Positions 18,428 to 27,421 of a stretch of 32,000 nucleotides of DNA are shown here, one piece after another. Positions within the stretch are counted from its first letter, which is position 1. The number at the start of each line of letters is the position of its first letter. A program made the position numbers and the translations under genes. The notes beneath the pieces were generated by a model that searched no databases, was not told the origin of the DNA, and saw only the letters and a list, made by a program, of their open reading frames with translations. The stretch comes from Candidatus Methanoperedens sp. (GTDB taxonomy: Archaea; Halobacteriota; Methanosarcinia; Methanosarcinales; Methanoperedenaceae): assembly GCA_041494705.1 (NCBI GenBank), contig JBGQBI010000002.1:330001-362000 (forward strand). The letters are read 5' to 3'.

Positions 18428-18684
18428 TCGGACTCTGTTATACCCTGATAGGAGATTCTAATATCATAATCATTTGATTCCTAAAAACAATCCTGAAATA
18501 ATTATGTCTTTAGACTGCTCCAAATCACTGTATAAAGAGTGAATGATTTCTCCTCATTCTCTCACATTCCTTTTAACCTTTTCGGACAAAAAAATGAATT
18601 TGTAGAGTACGAAGTACAAATATTATTTTGCCTTGATTTCCACAGTTAAAATCTATAATCGCAACTGCCTGAATTTAAAAAATC

Positions 18685-18693
18685 AAAAAAAAA
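18685..18693 (-). terminator. oligo-T (T9) terminator immediately after the htpX-like stop
   Basis: A9 run on the plus strand directly abuts the stop codon at 18694..18696. Archaeal termination commonly uses oligo-T. Confidence 0.4.
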
Positions 18694-19662
18694 TTAATAC
18701 GCGGACATCCCCTGGAGAGAGGATAGCCGCTGGATGCGTTTTAGCATGTTGGGATGGGTGCTCAATATTTCCATTATCTTATCAGTAGTTTTTACTTTAA
18801 TTGGCTTTGTCCGAAGCGCCATCAATTCATTCATGTCGATTGTACCGCTTCCGTCAAGGTCAATCTGGGACAATTCCCTGATTTCACTGCCTGCGCGCGA
18901 AGGGTCACTGGCAAAAAACGCCTTCATGCCTTCGACCTTTTTTATTGAATCCTTCGACATTCTTGCACTGCCATAGACGAGTTTGTAAAGAGCTGAAGCA
19001 AGATAATGAGGCTGGTTCCCGAGCCTGACCGAACCCTCATCCGCATAATATTCCCTGATTCTCGAAACGTACAGCACAAGGAGATTTGTAATCAGATATA
19101 CTACGAACGCTACGATTCCGATAAGGACATTGTTCCCGCGGTCCCTGCCGCCTGAGAATAACTGGTTCCACGCAAGATACCAGCATATCATTGGAATCAC
19201 GCTTATCATCGTTATGACTACCACGTCCTTATGTTTCAGATGGGATATCTCATGACCAAGAACTGCCCTCAGTTCCTTTTCAGTGAGAAGGTTCATTATA
19301 CCTTCCGTGACACACACGCGCCCGTCGCTTGCCCATCTTCCGAATGCGAAAGCATTGGGTATTGGTATTCTGGCAATGCCTACTCTGGGTTTTGGTATCC
19401 CTGCATCCCTTGCAAGTTCCGTCACCATCCTGTGAAGCGCCGGTTGTTCCTGCTCGCTGACGTAATGCACTCCCATAGACCATTCGACCATTTTCGGACC
19501 AATCATGTACTGGAAGAACATCATAGCCGATGCCAGAATTCCATAGAAGTATAAATTATTGAGTCCGCCGAGCCCCAATAGATTCACTGCTAATATAACC
19601 AGGCCGTATACTATGGAAAACATTACGGCCATTACCAGATACAATCTTAATTTAAGCCACAT
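18694..19662 (-). CDS. htpX: HtpX-like M48 zinc metalloprotease with an EF-hand-like Ca-binding loop in the C-terminal region
   Basis: HExxH (LGHEISHLKH), third-ligand region REYYADE, four TM segments, C-terminal STHPNMLKRI. DLDGSGTIDMNEL (aa 268-280) fits the canonical EF-hand loop pattern at every position. Confidence 0.85.
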   Translation of the reverse strand: MWLKLRLYLVMAVMFSIVYGLVILAVNLLGLGGLNNLYFYGILASAMMFFQYMIGPKMVEWSMGVHYVSEQEQPALHRMVTELARDAGIPKPRVGIARIPIPNAFAFGRWASDGRVCVTEGIMNLLTEKELRAVLGHEISHLKHKDVVVITMISVIPMICWYLAWNQLFSGGRDRGNNVLIGIVAFVVYLITNLLVLYVSRIREYYADEGSVRLGNQPHYLASALYKLVYGSARMSKDSIKKVEGMKAFFASDPSRAGSEIRELSQIDLDGSGTIDMNELMALRTKPIKVKTTDKIMEILSTHPNMLKRIQRLSSLQGMSAY

Positions 19663-19701
19663 ATTTTTTTTGTCACCTTTCTCTCTCTTAGAATAAATAT
19701 C

Positions 19702-20379
19702 TTAGATAAATACTTTATCAACCTTATTGCGCGCAGACGAAAGCGCAGCACTTCCTGCTATTTCAGCGGCAAAGCGGTCAGCCCTGCTTTCAAGTTCGGA
19801 TTCCGATGATGAAAAGGCCATTAACGCATGCCTCATAAAGTACGGTGCTCCAATATTCTGCCGGATATGCCATGCTTCATGCGCCAGTACAGCCTTCAAC
19901 TCATTATCATCCAGCATCTCAAGAAGTCCTATAGACACGAAAATCGACCGCCCGGCTGCAAAAGCCCTGGGTATTGCAGAATCGAAATAATAGACTCTGG
20001 CGGTTACAAGCTTTCCTACAAAATCCTCTACCCATTCCATTATGCTTGACGCCGGTTTTGCATCAAGGCGCTTAATCAATATCCTGTCATAGTACCGCAG
20101 AACCCCGAATATTAATACTGTGGAAATAATCACATAAGCCAGGTAAATATAAAGGGTGAGCATTTCACTGCATTTCATCAGGTAAAATGTGACGACTATT
20201 GCTATTAAGCTCAGGATTTGGGCTGAAACGAATGTCATAAGCTTCTGTTTCGGTTTTTTGAGCATAAGGCTCACTGCAACCAGAGAGATTGAAATAACAA
20301 CCAAAAGTGCTACAATAGGAGCAAAGTCGGAAAGCTTCAGGCAAAGCCCGATGCAGTTTAATTCACCTGATATATTCAT
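19702..20379 (-). CDS. short membrane-anchored M48/M56 (BlaR1-like) zinc metalloprotease without sensor domain
   Basis: 225 aa with three N-terminal TM helices, then HExxH (LAHEAWHIRQ) and a downstream ELESRADRFAAE. Its start overlaps the upstream gene's stop (ATGA). Confidence 0.7.
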   Translation of the reverse strand: MNISGELNCIGLCLKLSDFAPIVALLVVISISLVAVSLMLKKPKQKLMTFVSAQILSLIAIVVTFYLMKCSEMLTLYIYLAYVIISTVLIFGVLRYYDRILIKRLDAKPASSIMEWVEDFVGKLVTARVYYFDSAIPRAFAAGRSIFVSIGLLEMLDDNELKAVLAHEAWHIRQNIGAPYFMRHALMAFSSSESELESRADRFAAEIAGSAALSSARNKVDKVFI

Positions 20380-20735
20380 TTTTTATCACTGTATTTTGAG
20401 AAATTCTCACGCGCAAGTGGCCCGAACGCATCCACAAGGCTGTCCAGTATCTTGGTGGTTATTTCATTCGCAGCCTCTTCCTCTGAAAAAGCGGGTTCAT
20501 ACACATACCTAACCCTGCCATTCACGTTTTCCATGCGCCGTGTCGTATATCCAGCCTTGACCAGCCTGTCAAGGGTTCCCGCAACGCTTGTCAAAGGAAC
20601 ATTTGTTTTTTCGGTTAGCTCTGAAGTGGTCATTTCGCCCCCGCTCCATAAAGCCCGCAAGATTGCCGCTTCGATGGGGCTGAAGAATTTAGTGAGCCCG
20701 TCGTTTGAAATGTTTATCTGATCAAGCTTAACCAT
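20376..20735 (-). CDS. BlaI/MecI/CopY-family winged-helix transcriptional repressor-like protein
   Basis: 119 aa from the Met at 20735. The layout (SPIEAAILRALWSGGEMTTSELTEKT...TSVAGTLDRLVKAGYTTRR...GRVRYVYEPAFSEEEA) matches the Penicillinase_R pattern as I recall it. The longer ORF to 20816 would overlap the next gene. Confidence 0.6.
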   Translation of the reverse strand: MVKLDQINISNDGLTKFFSPIEAAILRALWSGGEMTTSELTEKTNVPLTSVAGTLDRLVKAGYTTRRMENVNGRVRYVYEPAFSEEEAANEITTKILDSLVDAFGPLARENFSKYSDKK

Positions 20736-20760
20736 GAGTTTACAATTGACGTAAAGGATA

Positions 20761-21465
20761 TTAAAGATTGTGGACGTCCTTTTGATTTTGGACTTTCCAC
20801 CTGATAAGAACACCATCTTCCAATCTCTCGCAGGAGATAAGCGAAAGTTTACAAAAATCGCTTATGAATCCCTCACCATCCACAAGCGTGGGAGCTGTCT
20901 TGCCCCCTATTATGATGTTGCCGACAAAAGTATATATCTCATCCACAAGTCCCCTTGAAATCAGCCCCCAGTTCAATGTCGCTCCGCCCTCAACCATCAG
21001 GCGGTTGATGCCGCGCGCCTTTAATTCAAAAAGGAGGTTTTCAAGGTCAACGCTTTTTTCACCGCAAAGGAGAATTTCAGCATGTTCCGAAAGCTGCTTT
21101 ACTTTTTCCTCAGGCGCAATTTCCGTTACGGCAATTATCTTTTTTCCCACACCTTTTTTGAAAATATCAGCATCTATGGGCGTTCTTGCTAAGCTGTCCA
21201 CCACTATTCGTACAGGGTTCTCATCACGACCTTCTGCGCGCCGCTTTTCCCTGCGTTCTTTGGATTTAACGGTGAGGCTCGGGTTATCCGAAAGCACCGT
21301 CCCAATCCCTACCATCACGGCATCTGATGACGCCCTCAGTTCATCGACCCGGTCAAAATCAATGCTTCCTGAAATTCTGGTCTGCTCTCGCTCTTTTGTG
21401 GCAATCTTGCCGTCCGCACTCATGGCAGCATTGATGAATACGAATGGTCGTTCGGCTGGCATCAC
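20761..21465 (-). CDS. arfC: 2,5-diamino-6-ribosylamino-4(3H)-pyrimidinone 5'-phosphate reductase (RibD C-terminal-domain family, riboflavin/F420 precursor pathway)
   Basis: 234 aa. FVFINAAMSADGKIAT ... SDAVMVGIGTVLSDNPSLTV ... LMVEGGATLNWGL are typical of the archaeal RibD_C reductase. Confidence 0.85.
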   Translation of the reverse strand: MMPAERPFVFINAAMSADGKIATKEREQTRISGSIDFDRVDELRASSDAVMVGIGTVLSDNPSLTVKSKERREKRRAEGRDENPVRIVVDSLARTPIDADIFKKGVGKKIIAVTEIAPEEKVKQLSEHAEILLCGEKSVDLENLLFELKARGINRLMVEGGATLNWGLISRGLVDEIYTFVGNIIIGGKTAPTLVDGEGFISDFCKLSLISCERLEDGVLIRWKVQNQKDVHNL

Positions 21466-21548
21466 CCTTTCTTTAACTTCATGGCTGAAATATTTAAGCT
21501 TTAACGAAAAGCTGAAATGCTATTAGTCCTATTAAACCGACTTATCCG

Positions 21549-23126
21549 GTGATAATATTGAAGATACTTGTAAGCGACCCTATATCCGACCAGGGCATCG
21601 AAATATTAAAAAAAGAATGTGATGTTGATATTGCAACAGGACTCCCTCCTGCTGAATTAATCAAACGCATAGGAAATTATGAAGCCCTCATCGTCCGCAG
21701 TGAAACCCAGGTGACAAAAGACGTCATCAACGCGGGCAAGAAACTGAAAATAATAGGCAGGGCTGGCGTGGGCGTGGATAATATTGATGTTAATACAGCG
21801 ACAGAACGGGGAATAATCGTAGTGAATGCCCCCGAAGGCAACACAATCTCCGCAGCCGAGCACACGATAGCCATGATGATGGCGATGTCAAGGAATATCC
21901 CGCAGGCAAATGCCTCCTTAAAGAGCAAGAAATGGGACAGGAAAAAATTCATGGGCGTCGAAGTGAGGGGAAAGGTGCTGGGAGTCGTCGGGCTTGGCAG
22001 AATCGGGGCAGAAGTGGCAAAAAGGGCTCAGGGCATGGAAATGAACGTTCTTGCCTATGACCCGTTCATATCGCAGGAAAGAGCCGCCGAACTCGGCGTT
22101 GAGCTGACAACGGTAGAGGACATCGTCAGGCGTGCCGATTATATTACCGTACACACGCCCCTTACCAAAGAAACCAAAGACCTTATCGGCAGCAAGGAAT
22201 TTTCAATCGCAAAAAAGGGTGTGCGGCTCATCAATTGCGCAAGAGGAGGCATCATCAACGAAGAAGCCCTTGCAGAAGCGGTTAAATCCGGCATAGTGAG
22301 CGGCGCTGCAATCGACGTGTTCGTCAAGGAGCCGCCGTTTGAAAGCCCGCTTCTTGAACTTGACCGTGTTATCATGACGCCGCACCTTGGCGCATCGACC
22401 GAGGAAGCGCAGATTAATGTGGCTGTCTCGGTAGCCGAGCAGATAGTCAACGCACTGAAAGGGCTTCCTGTGAAAAACGCCATTAACATGCCCTATGTCA
22501 AACCTGACGTTATGCAGATAATCGAGCCATACCTGCCTCTTGCTGAAAAAATGGGAAAGCTGGGCACGCAGCTCATGGGCAATTACGAGAAGGTGGAAAT
22601 AACCTACAGCGGTGAAATCGCAGACAAGAACCTGGCCCCAATAACCCTTGCCCTGTTGAAGGGGTTGCTTGAACCTATGCTTGGCGCTGGCGTAAATTAT
22701 GTAAATGCGCCAACGATTGCGAAAGAGCGCAAGATAAAGGTCACAGAGAGCAAATCAAAGACTTCTGAAGGCTATCCAAGCCAGATATCTGTCAGGTTAA
22801 GCAAGAAATCCGATGAAAAACTAGTTAGCGGCTCCATTATAGGTAAGGAACCGCGGATTATTCAGATAGATTCTTACCGCATTGATATAGTTCCCACTGG
22901 CTATATGATAGTGGCTAAACATGAGGACCACCCCAATATCATAGGACCTTGCTGCATGATACTCGGGAAGAATAATATCAATATCGCAGGAATGCAGGTA
23001 GGCAGGATTAAAATGGGCGGCGAAGCGATCATGGTGCTTAATGTGGACAGCGAAGTGGATGATAGGATTCTTGATGAGATAAGGTCAGTTGATGGCATAA
23101 TCGATGCAAAATTAGTAGTTTTATAA
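21549..23126 (+). CDS. serA: D-3-phosphoglycerate dehydrogenase (long form with ASB and ACT domains)
   Basis: 525 aa. NAD-binding GVVGLGRIGAEVA, catalytic region NCARGG...TPHLGAST, C-terminal ACT-like domain. GTG start at 21549 or TTG at 21558 (MKILVSDPI). Confidence 0.92.
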   Translation: MIILKILVSDPISDQGIEILKKECDVDIATGLPPAELIKRIGNYEALIVRSETQVTKDVINAGKKLKIIGRAGVGVDNIDVNTATERGIIVVNAPEGNTISAAEHTIAMMMAMSRNIPQANASLKSKKWDRKKFMGVEVRGKVLGVVGLGRIGAEVAKRAQGMEMNVLAYDPFISQERAAELGVELTTVEDIVRRADYITVHTPLTKETKDLIGSKEFSIAKKGVRLINCARGGIINEEALAEAVKSGIVSGAAIDVFVKEPPFESPLLELDRVIMTPHLGASTEEAQINVAVSVAEQIVNALKGLPVKNAINMPYVKPDVMQIIEPYLPLAEKMGKLGTQLMGNYEKVEITYSGEIADKNLAPITLALLKGLLEPMLGAGVNYVNAPTIAKERKIKVTESKSKTSEGYPSQISVRLSKKSDEKLVSGSIIGKEPRIIQIDSYRIDIVPTGYMIVAKHEDHPNIIGPCCMILGKNNINIAGMQVGRIKMGGEAIMVLNVDSEVDDRILDEIRSVDGIIDAKLVVL

Positions 23127-23128
23127 TC

Positions 23129-23314
23129 ATGAAAAAAAAAGCTCTTGAAATCATTCTATCCATTGCTTCTGTGGCGGTATTTATTATTTTAATTGCTGCT
23201 GTAAAGCTTATCATACCTTCATCGTCCGGTTATGGCTATACCGCCGCATTACTGGTATTTCTTGTAATTATGGGAATGACGGGGTTAAAGATTGCGCAAA
23301 TCCCGGATAAATAA
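23129..23314 (+). CDS. small two-TM membrane protein, unknown function
   Basis: 61-aa ORF that starts 2 nt after the serA stop. Two hydrophobic helices. Followed by a T-rich tract (about 23333..23352). Confidence 0.4.
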   Translation: MKKKALEIILSIASVAVFIILIAAVKLIIPSSSGYGYTAALLVFLVIMGMTGLKIAQIPDK

Positions 23315-23527
23315 TAGGGGAAAATCAGATATTTTTTTCTTTAATTTTTGCCATTTACAGTTAACCTATTTTCTATTTTATGTTAAGTGTATTAGTCATA
23401 ATAATATTAGGATGGATTGAAGTTTGCGTATATGAAGGAATTATATACTATGGCATCGGTTAAAAAGGTTAAAAGGGAGATATGCCAAGAGATGAGAAAC
23501 AGACTTGTGCGGATTGAATAAGGAGCC

Positions 23528-23803
23528 ATGAAAATGATATCAGAAATAGATAAAGAAATCATCATAAAATTCGCTAAAAAATATAAAGTCTCCTCTATCA
23601 TTCTATTTGGTTCTTCGACCCGAAAAAACAGGGAATCCAATGATATAGACATCGGTGTAAAAGGACTTGAACCCGGACTATTCTTCGATTTTTATGCAGA
23701 GTTATTTAAAAATTTATCAAAACCAGTGGATCTCATCGACCTGTCCAGGAAATCATTATTTAATAAGCTTGTAGAAAAGACAGGAGTAAGAATTTATGGG
23801 TGA
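23528..23803 (+). CDS. mntA: minimal nucleotidyltransferase antitoxin (MNT) of a HEPN-MNT module
   Basis: 91 aa. LFGSSTRKNRESNDIDIGV is the GS...DxD motif. It overlaps the downstream HEPN gene by 8 nt (ATGGGTGA). Confidence 0.8.
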   Translation: MKMISEIDKEIIIKFAKKYKVSSIILFGSSTRKNRESNDIDIGVKGLEPGLFFDFYAELFKNLSKPVDLIDLSRKSLFNKLVEKTGVRIYG

Positions 23804-24215
23804 ACTGCCTGAGCAGATTCTCGCAGAAAAAGAGAATGTTGATATTGCGCTGCATAATCTGAAGACAGCCGTGGCAAGAAGGGAGAAAACAGTTATTGAA
23901 CTGGCGGCTATTGCGACTTTTCTTCACAACATCTATAATGGGATAGAAAATATTCTAAAACAAATTCTTCTCGCGAGAGATATTGAAGTTCCAAAATCCG
24001 GCACATGGCATAAAGACCTTTTAAACCGCTCATTGACAGCAGGAATTGTTTCAGATAAACTATCCAGCAAACTTTATAAGTACCTCACTTTCAGGCATTT
24101 TTTTGTTCACGCTTACGGATTCATGCTGGATGAAAAAGAACTTGAAGGCTTGTCTCATGATATTCCTGAAATCTGGCAGCAATTTCTATCAGAAATAGAG
24201 GCATCTTTTGAATAA
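23796..24215 (+). CDS. hepT: HEPN-domain (HepT-like) putative RNase toxin
   Basis: 139 aa, helical. R-x4-H motif in [10 protein letters not shown]. Position immediately downstream of the MNT gene is the canonical arrangement. Confidence 0.75.
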   Translation: MGELPEQILAEKENVDIALHNLKTAVARREKTVIELAAIATFLHNIYNGIENILKQILLARDIEVPKSGTWHKDLLNRSLTAGIVSDKLSSKLYKYLTFRHFFVHAYGFMLDEKELEGLSHDIPEIWQQFLSEIEASFE

Positions 24216-24228
24216 AGGTAGATCTAAA

Positions 24229-24804
24229 ATGGTAAAGCTCATCGTCATCAACAATTACGGGCAAACATGCCACCTGATTCACCGCGCTGTGCGGGACCTG
24301 GAGCAGGAAGTGGAGCTTATGAAGAACACTTCTTCCATAGAGGAAATACTCGCAAAAGAACCCGATGGGCTCATTCTCAGCGGCGGTCCAACGCTTGAAC
24401 GCGCTGGCAATTGCAGTTTATATGTAAAAGAACTAGACCTCCCCATCCTTGGCATCTGCCTGGGTCACCAGGTAATGGCACAGGCTTACGGTGGAGAGGT
24501 AAGGACGGGCGCCGCCGGGGGTTATGCCGAAGTCGAGATAGAAGTAATCGAGGAAAACGATATTCTAAGGGGCATCGGTCCAAAAACAAAAGTGTGGGCG
24601 TCACATGCTGACGAGGTGTGCTCCCTCCCGCCGGATTTCATAAAGCTTGCCCGCTCCAGCATCTGCGAAGTTGAAGCTATGAAACACAGGACAAAACCGC
24701 TGTACGGCGTCCAGTGGCATCCCGAAGTTTCTCATACCGAGCGTGGAAACGACCTTCTCAAGAACTTTTTTGAGGTTTGCCTGAACTACCGGCCAACTGC
24801 ATGA
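24229..24804 (+). CDS. guaAA: GMP synthase [glutamine-hydrolysing] subunit A (class I glutamine amidotransferase)
   Basis: Catalytic triad context GICLGHQ ... WHPE. ~190 aa from the Met at 24229 ([12 protein letters not shown]); the ORF opens at 24208. Confidence 0.88.
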   Translation: MVKLIVINNYGQTCHLIHRAVRDLEQEVELMKNTSSIEEILAKEPDGLILSGGPTLERAGNCSLYVKELDLPILGICLGHQVMAQAYGGEVRTGAAGGYAEVEIEVIEENDILRGIGPKTKVWASHADEVCSLPPDFIKLARSSICEVEAMKHRTKPLYGVQWHPEVSHTERGNDLLKNFFEVCLNYRPTA

Positions 24805-25855
24805 CCGCATAGCCCACGAGCGCAAAAAAGGCACCTGCCGCCATAACTGCCCTGAAACCGTAATATTGAAGGATAATACCGCCTACAAGAGAACCTATTA
24901 TTGTTGCAAAGGCAATTGATGAATTAAGCAATCCTGCAGCTGCACCTTTTTCTTCGTTTGTTTCAATTAACTCACGCATTGAACCAACGTACAGGAAGGA
25001 ATAGGAAAAGGCAATCAGTACCATGCCCGGAACAGCCTGGTAGTAAATCGTGAGAGGTATCAGCGCAATAAAAGCAGCGGCTGAGAGCAAATCCCCGGCA
25101 TGAATAAGAGATGCGGTTTTATAACTGTCAAGCCTTCTCATGATGAAAAATTGCAGTGTCGGATTCAATGAATAAATTATCCCGACCCAGAATGGATTTG
25201 CCCCAAGGCTCATAAGGTATAAGGGAAAAATCACCCATACATTATTTGCCCCTATCTGTCGCAGGAAAAACCCAAAATATAAATTCCAGTTCTTTTTCAG
25301 GATATCCCTGGAAAAATAATCCGTTTTCTTTTTTGTACGTACTTTTGTATCTTGCGTAACTGGCAGCGTCAATGTGATTAAGAAGGACGCAGCAAACAAC
25401 AAAGATGCGATAGAAAAAATCTGCCAGTAAACTGCAATCACTCCTGCAAGCAGATTCCCCACAGCCCAGCCCAGGGGCATGAAAGAGCTGAACTTCCCGA
25501 TGCTGCGCCTTAAGTTGTAAACATAGAGCATCAGCACGGCGGGATAAATCCCAACGCTAAAGCCGACAAGGGCGCGAATTATAGCAAGGCTGAACGGGTC
25601 GTATGCAAAAACCTGAAGGAAAAAAGTCACGGTTGCGCTTACGAAACCTGCATACAACAGCGTCTTTGGAGGATACGAATCCGCTGCCCTGCTGAAGATA
25701 TATGTTGAAATGAATAACGCTGTGCCGTAAACAGCCCCTATTATACCAATCTCCGTACCCGAGGCGCCCAGGTTCTGTGCAAGTATGGGTATGAAAAGAT
25801 TGGACATCATCACGGCCGTGTTGATAAAAAACTGGATAGCGTTGAGTCTCATCAA
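24758..25855 (-). CDS. MFS transporter
   Basis: 365 aa with ~10-12 hydrophobic helices and an MFS-like loop (RAADSYPPK). Its 3' end overlaps the guaAA 3' end by 47 nt (convergent). Confidence 0.75.
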   Translation of the reverse strand: MMRLNAIQFFINTAVMMSNLFIPILAQNLGASGTEIGIIGAVYGTALFISTYIFSRAADSYPPKTLLYAGFVSATVTFFLQVFAYDPFSLAIIRALVGFSVGIYPAVLMLYVYNLRRSIGKFSSFMPLGWAVGNLLAGVIAVYWQIFSIASLLFAASFLITLTLPVTQDTKVRTKKKTDYFSRDILKKNWNLYFGFFLRQIGANNVWVIFPLYLMSLGANPFWVGIIYSLNPTLQFFIMRRLDSYKTASLIHAGDLLSAAAFIALIPLTIYYQAVPGMVLIAFSYSFLYVGSMRELIETNEEKGAAAGLLNSSIAFATIIGSLVGGIILQYYGFRAVMAAGAFFALVGYAVMQLAGSSGKPQKSS

Positions 25856-25909
25856 GAGTTTAATGAAAAGATATGTATTTAAGGAATACAGGTTGAACTA
25901 TGGTAAACC

Positions 25910-27346
25910 ATGAACTCTCTTGACTGGACAGAAAAATACCGCCCGCAGACACTTCCTGAGGTAGTGGGTCATAATAAGGCGCTTCTGGAGCTTAAAAAAT
26001 GGGCAGAGGCGTGGATGCACGGGACGCCTGAGGCAAGGGCGGTTGTGCTTTATGGAAGGGCAGGGATAGGTAAAACCACGGCAGCCCATGCACTGGCGCA
26101 TGATATGGGATGGGAAGTCATCGAGATGAACGCAAGCGACCAGCGCACTGCGGATATAATCGAAAAAGTGGCAGGTTCAGCCTCCCGCATGAGCACGCTT
26201 GACGGGAGCAACGTGAAACGGCTTATCATAATGGACGAAGCTGATAATATCCACGGCACGGCTGACAGAGGCGGGGAACGGGCAATCCTTGAACTGATAA
26301 AGAAAACCAGTCACCCCATCATTCTTATTGCAAATGAACTATATGAAATGTCAGCGGGATTACGAACCGCCTGCAAGCCAATCCAGTTCAATTCCGTAAT
26401 GTCGCGTTCCATGATACCGGCGCTTAAAAGAATTGCAGAGGCGGAAGGCGTTAAGTGCGGACTCGGTGTGATTGAGAAAATCGCGGAGAACGCAAATGGC
26501 GACCTTCGAAGCGCTATAAACGACCTGCAGGCTATCGCACAGGGAAAAACCACTCTGGAAATCAACGAGATAATCACTGGCGAGCGGGACAGCAAAGAGA
26601 ATATCTTCAAGGTACTTGCAAAGATTTTTAAAGGAACAAACATACGCGAAGCCCATGATGCCACTTTTAAACTTGATGAGAACCCTGAGGATTTAATCCA
26701 GTGGGTGGATGAAAATCTTCCGGTTGAATACACAGGCGCAAATGACCTTGAAGAAGGGTATCATTACCTTGGAAGGGCTTCTGTTTTTTTGGGGAGGGTC
26801 AAAAGAAGACAGAATTATAATATGTGGAGATATGCAGGCGTGCTCATGACCGCAGGGATTATGGTTGCACGGTCGCACCGCTACACCGGTTTTGTGAAAT
26901 ACCAGCCGCCGTCGCTCTGGAGGAAGCTCGGGCAGACAAAGGGCATGAGGCAGGTCCGGGATTCAACTGCAAAGAAAATCGGGACATACTGCCATGTCTC
27001 TATGAGCTATACACGCTCCCAATTATTTCCTTTTTTCAGGATGATGCTAAATGATGAAGAATCAGCCCCTCTTGTGGCTGCTTTGCTCGCACTTGAACCT
27101 GAAGAGATAGCTTTCCTTACCGAATCAAAATCCGTGACCAAAAAAGTCCAGAATATATACGAGGAAGCCAAGGCTTTGAGGGAAGCTGAGGTCGAGCATG
27201 AGGTGGAGGTGTTCGGGGGATTCGGTAAGAAGAGCCAGAAACCTGAAGTAGAGAGAGCCGAAGCTGAAAAGGAAGAACCTGAAGTTAATATTAAGAAAGA
27301 GGAAAGAAAAGAGGTTAAATCCCAGAGTTCGCTGTTCGATTTTTGA
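25910..27346 (+). CDS. rfcL: replication factor C large subunit
   Basis: WTEKYRPQTLPEVVGH, Walker A GRAGIGKTT, Walker B IIMDEADN, SRC-like region. Charged C-terminal tail ending in a PIP-like QSSLFDF. Confidence 0.92.
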   Translation: MNSLDWTEKYRPQTLPEVVGHNKALLELKKWAEAWMHGTPEARAVVLYGRAGIGKTTAAHALAHDMGWEVIEMNASDQRTADIIEKVAGSASRMSTLDGSNVKRLIIMDEADNIHGTADRGGERAILELIKKTSHPIILIANELYEMSAGLRTACKPIQFNSVMSRSMIPALKRIAEAEGVKCGLGVIEKIAENANGDLRSAINDLQAIAQGKTTLEINEIITGERDSKENIFKVLAKIFKGTNIREAHDATFKLDENPEDLIQWVDENLPVEYTGANDLEEGYHYLGRASVFLGRVKRRQNYNMWRYAGVLMTAGIMVARSHRYTGFVKYQPPSLWRKLGQTKGMRQVRDSTAKKIGTYCHVSMSYTRSQLFPFFRMMLNDEESAPLVAALLALEPEEIAFLTESKSVTKKVQNIYEEAKALREAEVEHEVEVFGGFGKKSQKPEVERAEAEKEEPEVNIKKEERKEVKSQSSLFDF

Positions 27347-27421
27347 ATATATTCGGAAAGTATTGTATAAAATGGAAAGATATAAGTAATGATTATACAT
27401 GGTTAATGAAACCTGATTGAT

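Noticed and set aside
20736-20816. N-terminal 27-aa extension of the BlaI-like ORF; similarly 8589..8645, 10357..10368, 687..725, 6067..6081 and 24208..24228 extensions
   Set aside because: The extensions overlap the neighbouring gene or lack family-typical N-termini. Internal Met codons give tight TAATG/ATGA coupling or match the expected protein starts.
24758-24804. 47-nt convergent overlap of the guaAA and MFS transporter 3' ends as a possible frameshift or pseudogene sign
   Set aside because: Both proteins are full length with intact C-terminal motifs. Convergent 3' overlaps occur in compact archaeal genomes, and there is no in-frame disruption.
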